A DNA stretch of 64,000 bases, from the NCBI RefSeq assembly GCF_006345805.1, contig NC_042998.1, positions 68,510,001 to 68,574,000 of the forward strand. Reading direction: 5' to 3'. The position numbers and the translations under genes are program-made. Within the stretch, counting starts at the first letter, position 1, and each line of letters opens with the position of its first letter. Positions 27,042 through 38,653 of the stretch are shown piece after piece. The notes beneath the pieces were generated by a model. That model saw only the letters and a program-made list of their open reading frames with translations. It was not told the DNA's origin and made no database searches. Origin of the DNA: Octopus sinensis. Its lineage: Eukaryota.

Positions 27042-27536
27042 ACGGCTACGCATTTCGCCCGGCGTACTTACGTTTCTGCCAGTTCGCGCCTTCTTTTTTC
27101 TTGAAATACGTATTTCTTTACTACCTACAAGAGGCTACACACAGAGGGGACAAACAAGGACAGACAAACGGATTAAGTCGATTATATCGACCCCGAAAGG
27201 ATGAAAAGCAACGTCGACCTAGGCGGAATCTGAACTCAGATCGTGACGGCAGACGAAATACGTATTTCTTTACTACCCACAACGGGTTCAACACAGAGAG
27301 GACAAACAAGGACAGACAAACGGATAAAGTCGATTATATCTATTTCTTCCGCTTTTTTATCTTCTTCTTTTTCTACTTCTACGGCTTTTTCCTCTTTTTC
27401 TTCTATTTCTTAATCAACCCCGAAAGGATGAAAGGCAAAGTCGACCTAGGCGGAATCTGAACGCAGAACGTTTCTGCCAGCACGCCCCTCTAATTCATGT
27501 GAAAATATTAATTTGAAAATTGATTTTAATTTAATA

Positions 27537-27908
27537 TACAGTGATACGTCGGCAGTACGAGTTAATTCGTTCCACGACTGAGCTCTTCTTACGATTTACT
27601 CGTTTTACAAATCAATTTTCCTCATTGAAATTGACTAAAATATAATTAATCTGTTCCAGCCCTTCAAAAACCACTCAAAAACAATTTTTTATGGGTTTTA
27701 AAACAGAAAAGGTGTAGTTATAGGTAAAATGACAATTGTAAAAAAAAGATAATGCAAAAGAAATATGTAAACTGGTTTTATTAACTGAATTACTTAAAGA
27801 AGGGACGATTTGTGTGCTCATACGTCAAGACAAAAATTCGCACGAGTCTCGGCTCGTACAGCAAATTATTCGTACAATGGGGCACACGTACTGCGAGGTT
27901 CTACTGTA
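27537..27908. mobile_element. Tigger/pogo-like MITE
   Basis: TA-CAGTG...GCAGTACG left end and CGTACTGC...CTACTG-TA right end (imperfect TIR, TA duplication). Confidence 0.65.
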
Positions 27909-28695
27909 TTTTTAAATTGAATTAAATTTTAGAGAAATTAGAAGTGGTAGCACAGAGGCAATAACCGTGGTAAATAGTAGCGGTGTTTTGTTAATACCGT
28001 TTACGTTAAAAAAAAAACCAAGAGAAATTTGGCAAGACGGAACAAAACTCCATTCGAGACCCAGGACTAGAGGGTAGTAGAATGGAATAGCTCTCAAGAT
28101 TCAAAGATTAGGTTTTTGTTTTTCTTTTTTGCTTTTCTTTTCTTCTTAGGCGGCAGTAGAAACCCAGCAGATCGTCACAAAATCCGAAACGGTGTACTGG
28201 CTTAAACCCGCTTTCATAGGTCCTGTTTCTGGGTTCAAATTACGCTGAGAAAATTTTCATCTTTTATGCTTCCAGTGTCGATAAAATAAGGTTCTTCTCA
28301 AGGCGTAGCTGAATGGTAAGAAGCTTGTTTCCTACTTCATGGTTCCAAGTTCAGTCCCACTGTGTAGCACCTGGGGCGAGTGCTTTCTACTATAGCCTCA
28401 GGCCGACCAAACCCTTGTGTGTTGATATGGTGGACGGAGACTGAAAGAAGCCCATCATGTGTGTGTGCCTACTACTTGACAACTGGTGTTGGTGTGTTTA
28501 TGTCCCCATACCTTAGCGGTTCGGTAAAAGGGTTCGATAGAATACGTACCAGGCTTTTAAAAATTTAGTACAGGGGTTGATACATTCGACTAAAAATTTC
28601 TTTAAGGCAGAGCCCCAGCATGGCCGCAGTCTAATAACTGAAACAGGTAAAAGGTAAAAGATTAGTAATGACATTGGTTTAATATTCCTCTATGG

Positions 28696-28895
28696 CAGGG
28701 GTTTTCAACCAGGTTCCGCCAGTACAGTCCAGGGGTTCCGCAAGAAGTTACAAAACTGCTAAAATCGGCAGTAATTTTTAATTCTCCTGTGCAGATATGT
28801 GAGCACAAGACTATTAAATTATTGCACAGGGGTTCCTCGAGCCAGTGGAATGTTTCCTTGGGGTTCCGCTCCAGCAAAAAGTTTGAAAAGCACGG
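28696..28895. mobile_element. hAT-family MITE
   Basis: CAGGGGTTTTCAAC left end, GTTTGAAAAGCACGG right end, 8-bp target duplication CTCTATGG/CTCTATTG (7/8). Confidence 0.75.
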
Positions 28896-29821
28896 CTCTA
28901 TTGCGATGGAACCTTGAAGAAATTACTCTCTTTGACTCTTCCTGTCTATGAAATAGATTCTACAAAATCTGTTGTGTCTGGGGAGAGTAATTTTCTTTTT
29001 TTGTGCCTTATTATTTAACACACCCACCGTTAGAATTTCCACTTTTTTTCCTAATTTTTATTTTCCTAAAATTTTCGTTGCGTCTTGCAACCTTTTCAAT
29101 AGTTTTGACTCTCATAAAGAATCTTGCAAACCAAATCCAAAAACGAAATATTCTACAAAATCTTTTATCGTTTAACTTGTTTCAGCCATTTGATTGCGGC
29201 CATGCTAAGGCACCGCCTTGAGAGGTTTTAGTCAAACAAATCGACCCCAGGACTTATTTTAAAATTCTGGTAGTTATTCTATTAGTCCCCCTCTCTCAGG
29301 CCGAACCACTTGGTTTCGGGGACGTAAACAAACCTACACCGGTTGTCGAACGTTAGGAGAGGAACAAGCATTGACAGAAAGATACGCACACGTGTATACA
29401 ACGGGCTTCTATACAGTTTTCGTCTATAAAATTCACCCACAAGGAAAATATTCGGGCAAGGAAACATTTGCCTGAGGTGCCACGCAATGGGTCTGAACCC
29501 TAAAACACGTGGTTGCAAAGCGAGATGTTTGTGTTTTTTTAATCTTTGTAAAGTTTCCCCCTAAATGGGCGCAGCCGCGGGTAAGACGTTTGCTTTCCAG
29601 TCACATGGTTCCGTGTTCAGTCCCACAACATGGCACATTGGGTTTGAAAAGCACGGCTCTATTGCGATGGAACCTTGAAGAAATTACTCTCTTTGACTCT
29701 TCCTGTCTATGAAATAGATTCTACAAAATCTGTTGTGTCTGGGGAGAGTCATTTTCTTTTTTTGTGCCTTATTATTTAACTATTTATTAAAGCTATTCTA
29801 TAATAGCTTTAGGCCGAACAA

Positions 29822-30245
29822 GGGATCTTTTCGGTTTGAACGGCAGTTTTTAAAAATAATTTCCACGTAACTAAACACTTTTAAACTTCGAATACTGGTA
29901 GAATGTGTTTATAAAACATCTTTTTCGCTTGGCTTTATTGAGAAAATTCTATAGTTTGTAAGATATTTGTTGTTGTTTTTTCTTCAATTTCTGCAATTTC
30001 AATCAATCAATGATGTCTATTGAGGTGAAAAACATTCTGTGCCGTATGAATATGTCCCTCGTTTAAGAAACAGATTGGGTTTATTTACATTTCTGAAGAA
30101 AAAAGATACCCTTGCCCCCACCCCTAACCCTAACTAACCCTAAAACAGATTGAGATGCAATAGATCGATACTAGGGTCATAATTATGGGTGACAATTTCA
30201 TATGACACCGCTAGAAAAAACTGCCGTTCAAACCGAAAAGATCCC
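29822..30245. mobile_element. MITE with 30-bp TIRs and internal CCCTAA repeats
   Basis: GGGATCTTTTCGGTTTGAACGGCAGTTTTT and its exact reverse complement at the ends; it interrupts a SINE. Confidence 0.8.
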
Positions 30246-30337
30246 GACGAAGACCTTGTGAGCGGTCTTAGCAAAAGAAAACTGAAAAAAAGTCCACGAA
30301 ATGTATATATATATATGTGTGTATGTGTGTGTGTGTG

Positions 30338-30443
<106 letters not shown>

Positions 30444-31137
30444 GTATGTATATGTATGTATATGTATTAAGGGTGGCGAGCTGGCAGAAATGTTAACACG
30501 CCGGGCGAAATGCGTTGCCGTATTTCGTCTGTCGTTCCGTTCCGAGTTCAGATTCGGCCGAGGTCGACTTTGCCTTTCATCCTTTCAGGGTCGATAAATT
30601 AAGTACCAGTTACGCACTGATGTAGATGTAATCGACTTAATCCCTTTGTCTGTCCTTGTTTGTCTTCGTGCCTGTGTTTAGATCCCCGTATCTTAGCGGT
30701 TCAGTCGATTCGTCCGCCTAAAATTCTTCTAAGCGGTTCCCCAGCATGGCTTCAGTCTAACAACTGAAACTTAAATATAATAAATGATATTATAATAATA
30801 ATAAAATAATTCTTACTATAAAGCATATAACGACATATTTTCCTAAACAGAAATAGTTATTGAAGAACACATGAGGTATATTCACTGATGCTTTTTGGTG
30901 ATGACTGTTCTAAACGACTTAATAACACAGGAACTGCTGGGTAAACAGTCGCCGGCAAACGAGGCCATTTGCTTAGTGAAGGGGAGCAGGCAGTTATTAA
31001 GTTGTTCCCACCCCCATTTCGTTTGTTCTGTCTGAAAACACTCGCCGAGTTCGTTGGAGAAATTTTCGGCGAGGTTTGGCAGCTGCTGTTGTATTGTCGT
31101 TTGCTGCTCTCTGAATAAACTGAAAGAAAGAACAAAC

Positions 31138-31630
31138 ATGAAAGCGACTTTCTTTGGTGTCTTTGCTTTATGTTTGATAGTTTGTTTGTCAGCCACAAGT
31201 GCAGCTCCGGTTGACCCATCGGAAGATGCATCAAATGGATCCCAACCAATCATTCCTTTACCAAAACCTGTAGCCGCAGGGAAAGCCGAACCTGAACCCG
31301 AACCCGAACCCAAGACAACCGTCGACCCCGAAACTCTCCCCATCTCTGTAAAATCTGGTTCGGCTAGTCTTACCTGGCTACCCGAAGCAGATCGCAGAAT
31401 TGTCGATCTTAATTGGTATGTTGACCATCTGACAAGGAAGAACCATGCTCTTAGACTGAAATTTGAAAAATTCGAAGAAATTTTTAAAAGTCTTCATGAT
31501 GAGGAAAAACAAATGTCTGAGGAATTGCATCGTTGGAATATGGGATTATTTTTTCCTGGAATGGCCCATGTTCACGAAACGATTGGCATTACAGGTAACA
31601 TTTTAAACAAGGTGGGAGCAAAAGTCGAAG
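31138..31630 (+). CDS. Putative variable first exon A of a secreted fibrinogen-domain protein (signal peptide, Pro/Glu-rich linker, coiled-coil-like segment)
   Basis: ATG 31138, MKATFFGVFALCLIVCLSATSA signal-like peptide, 164 codons +1 nt, donor G|GTAAGT (phase 1); (ATT)n microsatellite follows the donor. Confidence 0.75.
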
Positions 31631-31661
31631 GTAAGTTTCATTTCAAATATATACATACATA

Positions 31662-31723
<62 letters not shown>

Positions 31724-32326
31724 TATTACTAGTACTACTACTCTGTATCGGAGATGGTGAACAACAGCGTCGTTATGTATATGTTGCATGTCTTCAACTA
31801 TTCGGTTGCTGGTTCATAGCTTTTCTGACGATCGGAGTAAGGAGGAAGTTTGTGTAAAATGAAGCAGAACAATGATTTGTCTATCTATACATACATAGAC
31901 ACCTTTACACAAATGTCATTCACTGTATATACATACTCAGAGGCACGCATTCATACATACATATCTATCTATCCATCCATCCATCCATCCATCCGTCCGT
32001 CCATCCGTCCGTCCGTCCGTCCGTCTGTCTGTCAGTCTCTCTCTCTCTCTCTAATATATATATACACACACACATGCATACATACATTTACATATATATG
32101 CGTACGTGCATGCATGCATACATAAACCGATACTTTGGTGTTTCTGTCCACCTGCAGCCGTGATAATAATGATATCTCACATAGAAAGAAGGTCCCAGGT
32201 TTTGGAAGGAGAGGCTACGGGTGATAAATGGAAGGTAATTTATTTTATCGACCCCCTAAAAAGAACGACAGAGTTACTTTTGCTAAGTCGAACGATTGAT
32301 TTCTGTATAGTAGTTTGGAAGCTGTA

Positions 32327-32357
<31 letters not shown>

Positions 32358-33499
32358 GTGTTTGTGCGAGTGCATGTATATTGTATATTTGTGTTTTCGT
32401 ATGTTGTTGTAATTGATGTTTAACCCTAGGTAGACTCACATAAAATAACAAACTTATGATCAAAAAAAAAAAAAAAAAAAATTCCAGCTTTGACCATCCC
32501 AATAATAATATTTTTCAAGCCACAAGACGGCAAGTTAGCAGAAACATTAGCACGCCGGGTGAAATGCTTAGCGCTATTTCGCCCGTCTTTATGTTCTGAG
32601 TTCAAATTCAGCTGAGGTCGACTTTGCCTTTCATCCTTTCGTGGTCGATAAATTAAGTAGCAGTTGCGTGCAGAGGTCGATCTAATCGACTGGCCCCTTC
32701 CCCCAAAATTTCGGGCCTTGTGCCTAGAGTAGAAAAGAATATTTTTCAAGTCATGTGAAGGGGAACGGGGTACCCAGGTTTTACATGGCCACGGTACTTG
32801 GTGTTATAACAAAGAAGGGCACCAACCCGCTGCCATCGAATTACGATGAAAAGCATTTTATCCATGGCCCCTTAAAATGACGATGGTAATGTTTATTTAA
32901 ATTAATATTATTTTCTATTATGAACTGAAGCCATTCTGGGACACCACCTTGAAGTGTTTAATTCGCACAAACCGACCCCAGGACTTATTTAAATCTAGTA
33001 CTTGATTTACAACTATCCTTCGCCGAAGCACCAATATTTTGGGATATAAACAAACCAACATTGGTTTCAAGCGGTGTGGGGGAGACAGACACAGACACAT
33101 ACATACATATGCATTTTTTATATATGCTGGGTTTCTGCACAGTTACAATTTACTATATTAATTCACAGGGCTATCGTAAAAGACACTTTCCCAAAGTACC
33201 GTGCAGTGGGACTGAACCTGAAACTACACGGTTGCAAAGCGATCTTAGCCATATATCTTTTTTTTTTGTTGTTTTTACATTTTTAGTTTTATATTTTTAA
33301 GATCGTAAGGAAATCTTACTGTTATTTCTAGCAGATGAAGCGGCCATGTAGAGGCACAGTGATGTGGAAAACTGGGCGTTGCAGGCAAAACCAAAAGTGG
33401 GTAGAGTTATGACTGACAGATGAGACTGATTCTGACAGGTGGGGATTGATTGTGATAGACGGCGATTGATAAAGGATCTGAAAAAAAACTGTGAATTAA

Positions 33500-33866
33500 C
33501 GGTGGGCGGGAAGAAGACAGGCGGTCTTGAGGATGCTGGAAGTAGGTAGCAGTGAGGGAGCGGGAATGGGGGGGTTGTGTTGTGTGCCCAAAACTCTGAA
33601 ACCAACCAGCCAACCAGCCAAACAGCCAGCCAATCACATTTCGTGTCTGTCTGTCCGCCAGTCTGCCTGTACGTCCGTAGGATTTGTCTTGTTGCCGGTC
33701 TGCCTGGCTCAGCCCTTGCCTTCTGTTCTACCGATTCGAAACCTGGCTAGCTAGAGCCGGCTACACTAAACAAACCCACGTACACAGCAAGGAGAATAGA
33801 ACTGGTACAACAACAAATAATAATAATAATAATAACAAGAACAACAATTTTTTTAAAAAAAGTGAA
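33500..33866 (+). promoter_or_regulatory. Promoter-like / 5' UTR region upstream of exon B
   Basis: GGGCGG at 33504, CCAAT at 33630, locally GC/CpG-rich and free of recognisable SINEs. Confidence 0.4.
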
Positions 33867-34395
33867 ATGTCGCGAAGGTCTTTCTCGCTTTTCCTGCTTC
33901 TGGGATCGCTGATGTTTATTGTTGTTGCCCTGTTGGGGACAGTTTCTGCCGATGATGACGATGACCCTTCGAAAGTGGCCGCCAAAGAAGCCGCCGCAGG
34001 TAGCGATTCCTCTGAAGAAGACGATTCCGATGATGATGACGATTCCGATTCCGATGACGATGATGATGATGACAGTAGTGAAGAAGATGATAATTCCAGC
34101 GAAGTAAAAACAGGTGGGTTACAACCTTGCAGACTTACTCACCTTCTCCGGAGACTGGACAAAGTCTGCCCCAAAATCCGGGATGACGAAATCAAAGTTC
34201 TGGAAGATACCATTGAAGGCATTGCCGGCAATATGAAAGCAATTGATGATATCATTAAACAAGGAGAAGAAAGTCAAAACCTGAAAGAAGATATTTCTCA
34301 AATATGGAAGGACTTCCGAGGACCGTCTGTCTCAGTTTTACCGGATGACACTCACCTGAATGTGGTTAATATATCGGTACCTGGAGAGCTGTCAG
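33867..34395 (+). CDS. Putative variable first exon B (signal peptide, poly-Asp/Ser tract, PC-x12-C, coiled-coil-like segment)
   Basis: ATG 33867, MSRRSFSLFLLLGSLMFIVVALLGTVSA signal-like peptide, 176 codons +1 nt, donor CAG|GTGAG (phase 1). Confidence 0.75.
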
Positions 34396-34635
34396 GTGAG
34401 CACCATTTTAGGTTTTTTTAAAAACTTTTATTGTTGTTCACCTTCAAAACTGTTTCTTTGGAAATGGTGAAGGAATCGTAGTGAAAGGGAGGCGGGGAAG
34501 TAATCTGTTTATTGTCTTTTCGACCTGCTAGAAATAACAGAAAAAATTCCCTCAAGCTAACTTTAGCCAACCTTTTCCTCTCTGCAACACAATCGCTTTC
34601 AACTGAAGTGACATTTGGTTATGTAGTGTGGTGCG

Positions 34636-34716
<81 letters not shown>

Positions 34717-35359
34717 ACTCTAAAAAGAAAAATGTACATATTAATTAGTTTAAGAAGATGTTAAACTAAATTAGAGAAATTAGTTTTTAAGAGAAAATAT
34801 GGTGTCTGCCGTGTCAACTATCAAAATTTGGGGTTGTTAAAGTTCCGGGGAAGGAGCTGATTGTATGTGTGTGTGTGTATGTGTGCGTGCGTGTGTGTAT
34901 ATGAGTATGTAAATATTACGTGTGTAAATAAATGGATGAGTGAGTATATATGCATGTATACTTGTATGTTTGTGCGTGAATGTGAGTGCTTGTACGAGTT
35001 TATGAGTGTGTACGTGTGTGCGGGTGTGCGGGCGCGCGGGCGCGTATATGAGTGTGAATGCTTGCGTGTGATTTTTGTGAGTGTTTGTGTGTGTGTATGA
35101 ATGTGTATGTGAGCGTGTCTGTAAGCACGCGCACACGCATGTGTGTCCGTGTAAATATGTGTGCGTGTGGCTCCAGTTACCGTGTACCAAACCCGCGCAC
35201 ATGGCTAGAAAAACCAATCACCCAAAGTACCGCGCAGTAGAACCGAACCTGAAACCAAGTGATTACAAAGCGAGATCTTAACCATGCATGCGCCTATATC
35301 AGCAAAATAAACAATTTATTTATTTATTATTTTTCGTTTATCTTTTCCTTTGCCCTTTT

Positions 35360-35612
35360 GTGAAACCCCGCCCTAAGTTATTTAATATATTCAAGACAGA
35401 GCTGCTGATTTTTTTTCTTTCTTGCCCTTATAATTCTTTCATGGAATAAAACTCCGCCCTCTTATTGGTCCAACCCTCTTACACGTGTTTCGTGCTTTCA
35501 TGCATAAGAAGGGCGTGGTCTTTTTTCCCTTGCGCTATCTTTTGTTAGTCAAAACCGGCGGCTGTTATAGCTCAATGGTGGTGTGGTGGCCGGCGGTGGA
35601 TTTCGAAAGCTT
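35360..35612 (+). promoter_or_regulatory. Promoter-like region upstream of exon C
   Basis: GC boxes CCCCGCCC (35366) and CTCCGCCC (35452), inverted CCAAT (ATTGG, 35464), GGGCGTGG (35511). Confidence 0.5.
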
Positions 35613-35627
35613 ATGTCTGTGATAGAA

Positions 35628-37119
35628 ATGCGGTTCTGCTTTAGTTTTTGGCAACTAGTTTGCGTTGCATTAATTTTTTTGATAACCCCCCAATTTAGTT
35701 ATTCACAGGATGTTTTGGATACTTCGGAATCGATAATAACCCCCGAACCTGAAAATGTTGAGCTGGACGTTATTCCCACTGGGGCTCCGTTAGATGGTGC
35801 ACCGTTGGAGGCAAATGGAGATATTGGAGTGACGGAATCCACTGAAGAAAAGAAAGAGCCGAAAGTAGAAAGTGAAGATAAGAAAGATGGAGAAAAAGAA
35901 GTAACAGAGGTGGTTAAAGAAGAATCGGCTGAAGTAAATGAAGCAGTGACAGAAGCAGAAGAATCGGTAGAAGAAGAAGAAGAAGAAGAAGAAGAAGAAG
36001 AAGAAGAAGAAGAAACAGAAGTAGTAGAAGCGGTAGCTGAAGTAAAAGAAGAAGAGATAAAAGTAATAACAGAAAAACCAGTTGAAGTAGAGATAGAAGG
36101 AGATAAAAAAGCGGAAGAAGAAATAGAAGAGGAAAAAGCCGTAGAAGTAGAAAAAGAAGAAGATAAAAAAGCGGAAGAAATAGAGGAAGAAAAAGAAGAA
36201 AAGGCCGTAGAAGTAGAGAAAGAAGAAGATAAAAAAGCGACAGAAGCGGAAGAAATAGAGGAAGAAAAAGAGGAAAAGGCCGTAGAAGTAGAGAAAGAAG
36301 AAGATAAAAAAGTGGTCGAAGCGGAAGAAGTAAAAGAGGAAAAAGCTGTAGAAGTAGAGAAAGAAGAAGATAAAAAAGCGGCAGAGGCAGAAGAAAAAGA
36401 AGAAAGTGAACTTGGAAAAGTGGACCCAAAAGGCGATCCGATATCAATACCCGAACCGGAATCGGATGAACCAGTTGAGAAAAAAACGAACGTTGATGCA
36501 CCAGTAGCTCTACCCGAAAACGATGCCGGCTCAGCTACAGCTCAGCCATCACCAGCAGCAGCAGTAACGACTGATGCTCCGAAACGTGGCACGAAATCTC
36601 CAAAGAAACCGAAGAAAAAACCACGAAGGAAACCGAAGAAGCCGCGCAAGAAAGGTACAAAAGCTCCGAAGAAAGTTACTACCGCTGCCCCAAAGGTTGT
36701 TACTACAACCACTCCAAAGGTAGTTACCACTACAACACCTAAGGTAGTTACCACTACAACACCAAAGATAGTTACCACTACAACACCAAAGATAGTTACC
36801 ACCACAACACCAAAGATAATTACCACCACAACACCAAGGAGAATTATCACCACAACGGAAGAGCCTTGTGTAGACGTATTTAGCGTCGAAGAGAAGCGCT
36901 ACCAATGTAAAGGTTACTGGAAGCGAGGATTAACCATTCTTGGTCTGCAAATTAACAAACTCAAGAAAGAGAACCACGAACTGTTTCTCAAAGTCATCGA
37001 CGCCAATGGTAAAATCAAGTTGGCTCAGGAATCGATTGCTGAACATAAAATCAACGTCAAAGCTCTCAAGAAAAAATTTGCTTGGCCCGACAAAGAGAAT
37101 ATCGGAAACACGCATAAAG
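35628..37119 (+). CDS. Putative variable first exon C (signal peptide, Glu/Lys-rich repeats, basic block, Thr-rich mucin-like repeats, PC-x12-C, coiled-coil-like segment)
   Basis: ATG 35628 (or 35613), MRFCFSFWQLVCVALIFLITPQFSYS signal-like peptide, 497 codons +1 nt without stops, donor AAG|GTAAGT (phase 1). Confidence 0.8.
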
Positions 37120-37809
37120 GTAAGTAGTGATGGTCATAGCATTCTTGTATATTGGTGATATTGGCGGCGGCGGCGGTGGTGGTGATGGTAGTGGTTATAT
37201 TTGTTGCTGTTGTTTTTGTTGTTGCTGGTGGTATTGTTGTTGTTGTTATTGTGGCTGCTGTTGTTGTCGTTACAGCTGTTTCGGTTTTTGTTGTTGCTGT
37301 TGTCGTTACTGCTGTTTCGGTTTTTGTTGTTGCCGTTGCAGTTGTTGTTGTTGTTAAGCCCTGCTCTTCTCCAGACCTTTAATCAACTCCATTTCCACCA
37401 CCCACACCCCGAATTTTTATTCATGCATAGGACACACAGTCAAGGTAGACGTAGGCATGGGTGTATAGTTAAGAAGTTCGCTTTTGCAAATGCGTCGTTC
37501 AGGTTTCGATCCTGCTGAACAGAATCTACAGAAACACGTCCAAAACAAAATTTGATATAAAACTTCCTATTTTATGCACGTAAGATCATGTGATTTAAAA
37601 TGTCCTTTCAATCTGAGGGAGATTTGACAGCTATTTCTAGCAGGTCGAGGTAGGATTTGATTTGCAAGAGATCTGATTGGTATTTTTATGAGATCTAGCA
37701 ACTAGAGGCCTCCTTCATTCTCACTTTCTCTCTCTCTTTCTTTCTCTCTCCCTCTTTCTCTCCCTCTTTCTCTTTAACATATATGTATATTCATATATAT
37801 ATATGTGTG

Positions 37810-37840
<31 letters not shown>

Positions 37841-38187
37841 CTTTGTATATTTTTGTTTATATGTAATTATACGTATAAATATATACATATATACGTGCAT
37901 TTATATGTATATATGTACGTATATGTATATATATATGTATATATATATATTATATATCTATATATATTATTGGATGTATATACGTATATTGCTATATGCT
38001 TTAAGCTATTAAAAATACTATTATTATTTACAGATATGTATTTGTAGTATATATGTGTGTGTGTGAGAGAGAGAGAGAGTGCGCGTGTGTATGTGTGCGC
38101 GCGTGTGTGTCTGTGTATGTATGTTAATGTGTGTGTGTATGTATGTATGTATGTATGTATGTATGTATGTATGTATGTATGTATGTG

Positions 38188-38227
<40 letters not shown>

Positions 38228-38328
38228 TGCCAGCCTCATGTCTGTTGACCGGGCGAAGTAAATTACATACGCGTAGGAATGGTAATTCTTGTTTCACGCC
38301 CTTGTTGAATATTCAGAAGAGTTAAAAG

Positions 38329-38379
<51 letters not shown>

Positions 38380-38615
38380 GTATGTGTGTCTATATGTTTG
38401 TGTCTGTGTTTGTGTCACCCCCCCCCCCCCCACATCGCTTGACAACCGATAGTGGTGTGTTTACGTCCCCGTAACCTAGCGGTTCGGCGAAAGAGACCAC
38501 TAGAATAAGTACTAGGCTTACAAAGAATAAATCATGGGACCAATTTCCTCGACGGTGCTCCAGCATGGCCGCAGTCAAATGACTGAAAAAGTACAAGAGT
38601 AAAGATTAAAGAGAG

Positions 38616-38653
<38 letters not shown>

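Noticed and set aside
30121-30143. Interstitial telomere
   Set aside because: Only about 3 degenerate units, located inside a MITE
30474-30600. tRNA-like sequences (here and in many other copies) as tRNA genes
   Set aside because: They have A/B boxes but run into SINE bodies and are dispersed, degenerate copies
31054-31857. 267-aa ORF as a complete membrane protein with a poly-Ile tail
   Set aside because: The poly-Ile/Leu part is an intronic (ATT)n microsatellite after the GTAAGT donor at 31631; the real start is more likely the ATG at 31138
35914-37518. Leu-rich, Val-rich and Cys-rich ORFs on both strands
   Set aside because: Antisense shadows of exon C or translations of (GTT)/(GCT) microsatellites
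37780-38260. Many 60-130 aa ORFs of alternating Y/I, C/V, H/T (also at 13142, 30189, 34837, 47480, 63522)
   Set aside because: Translations of (TA)n, (TG)n and (TATG)n microsatellites
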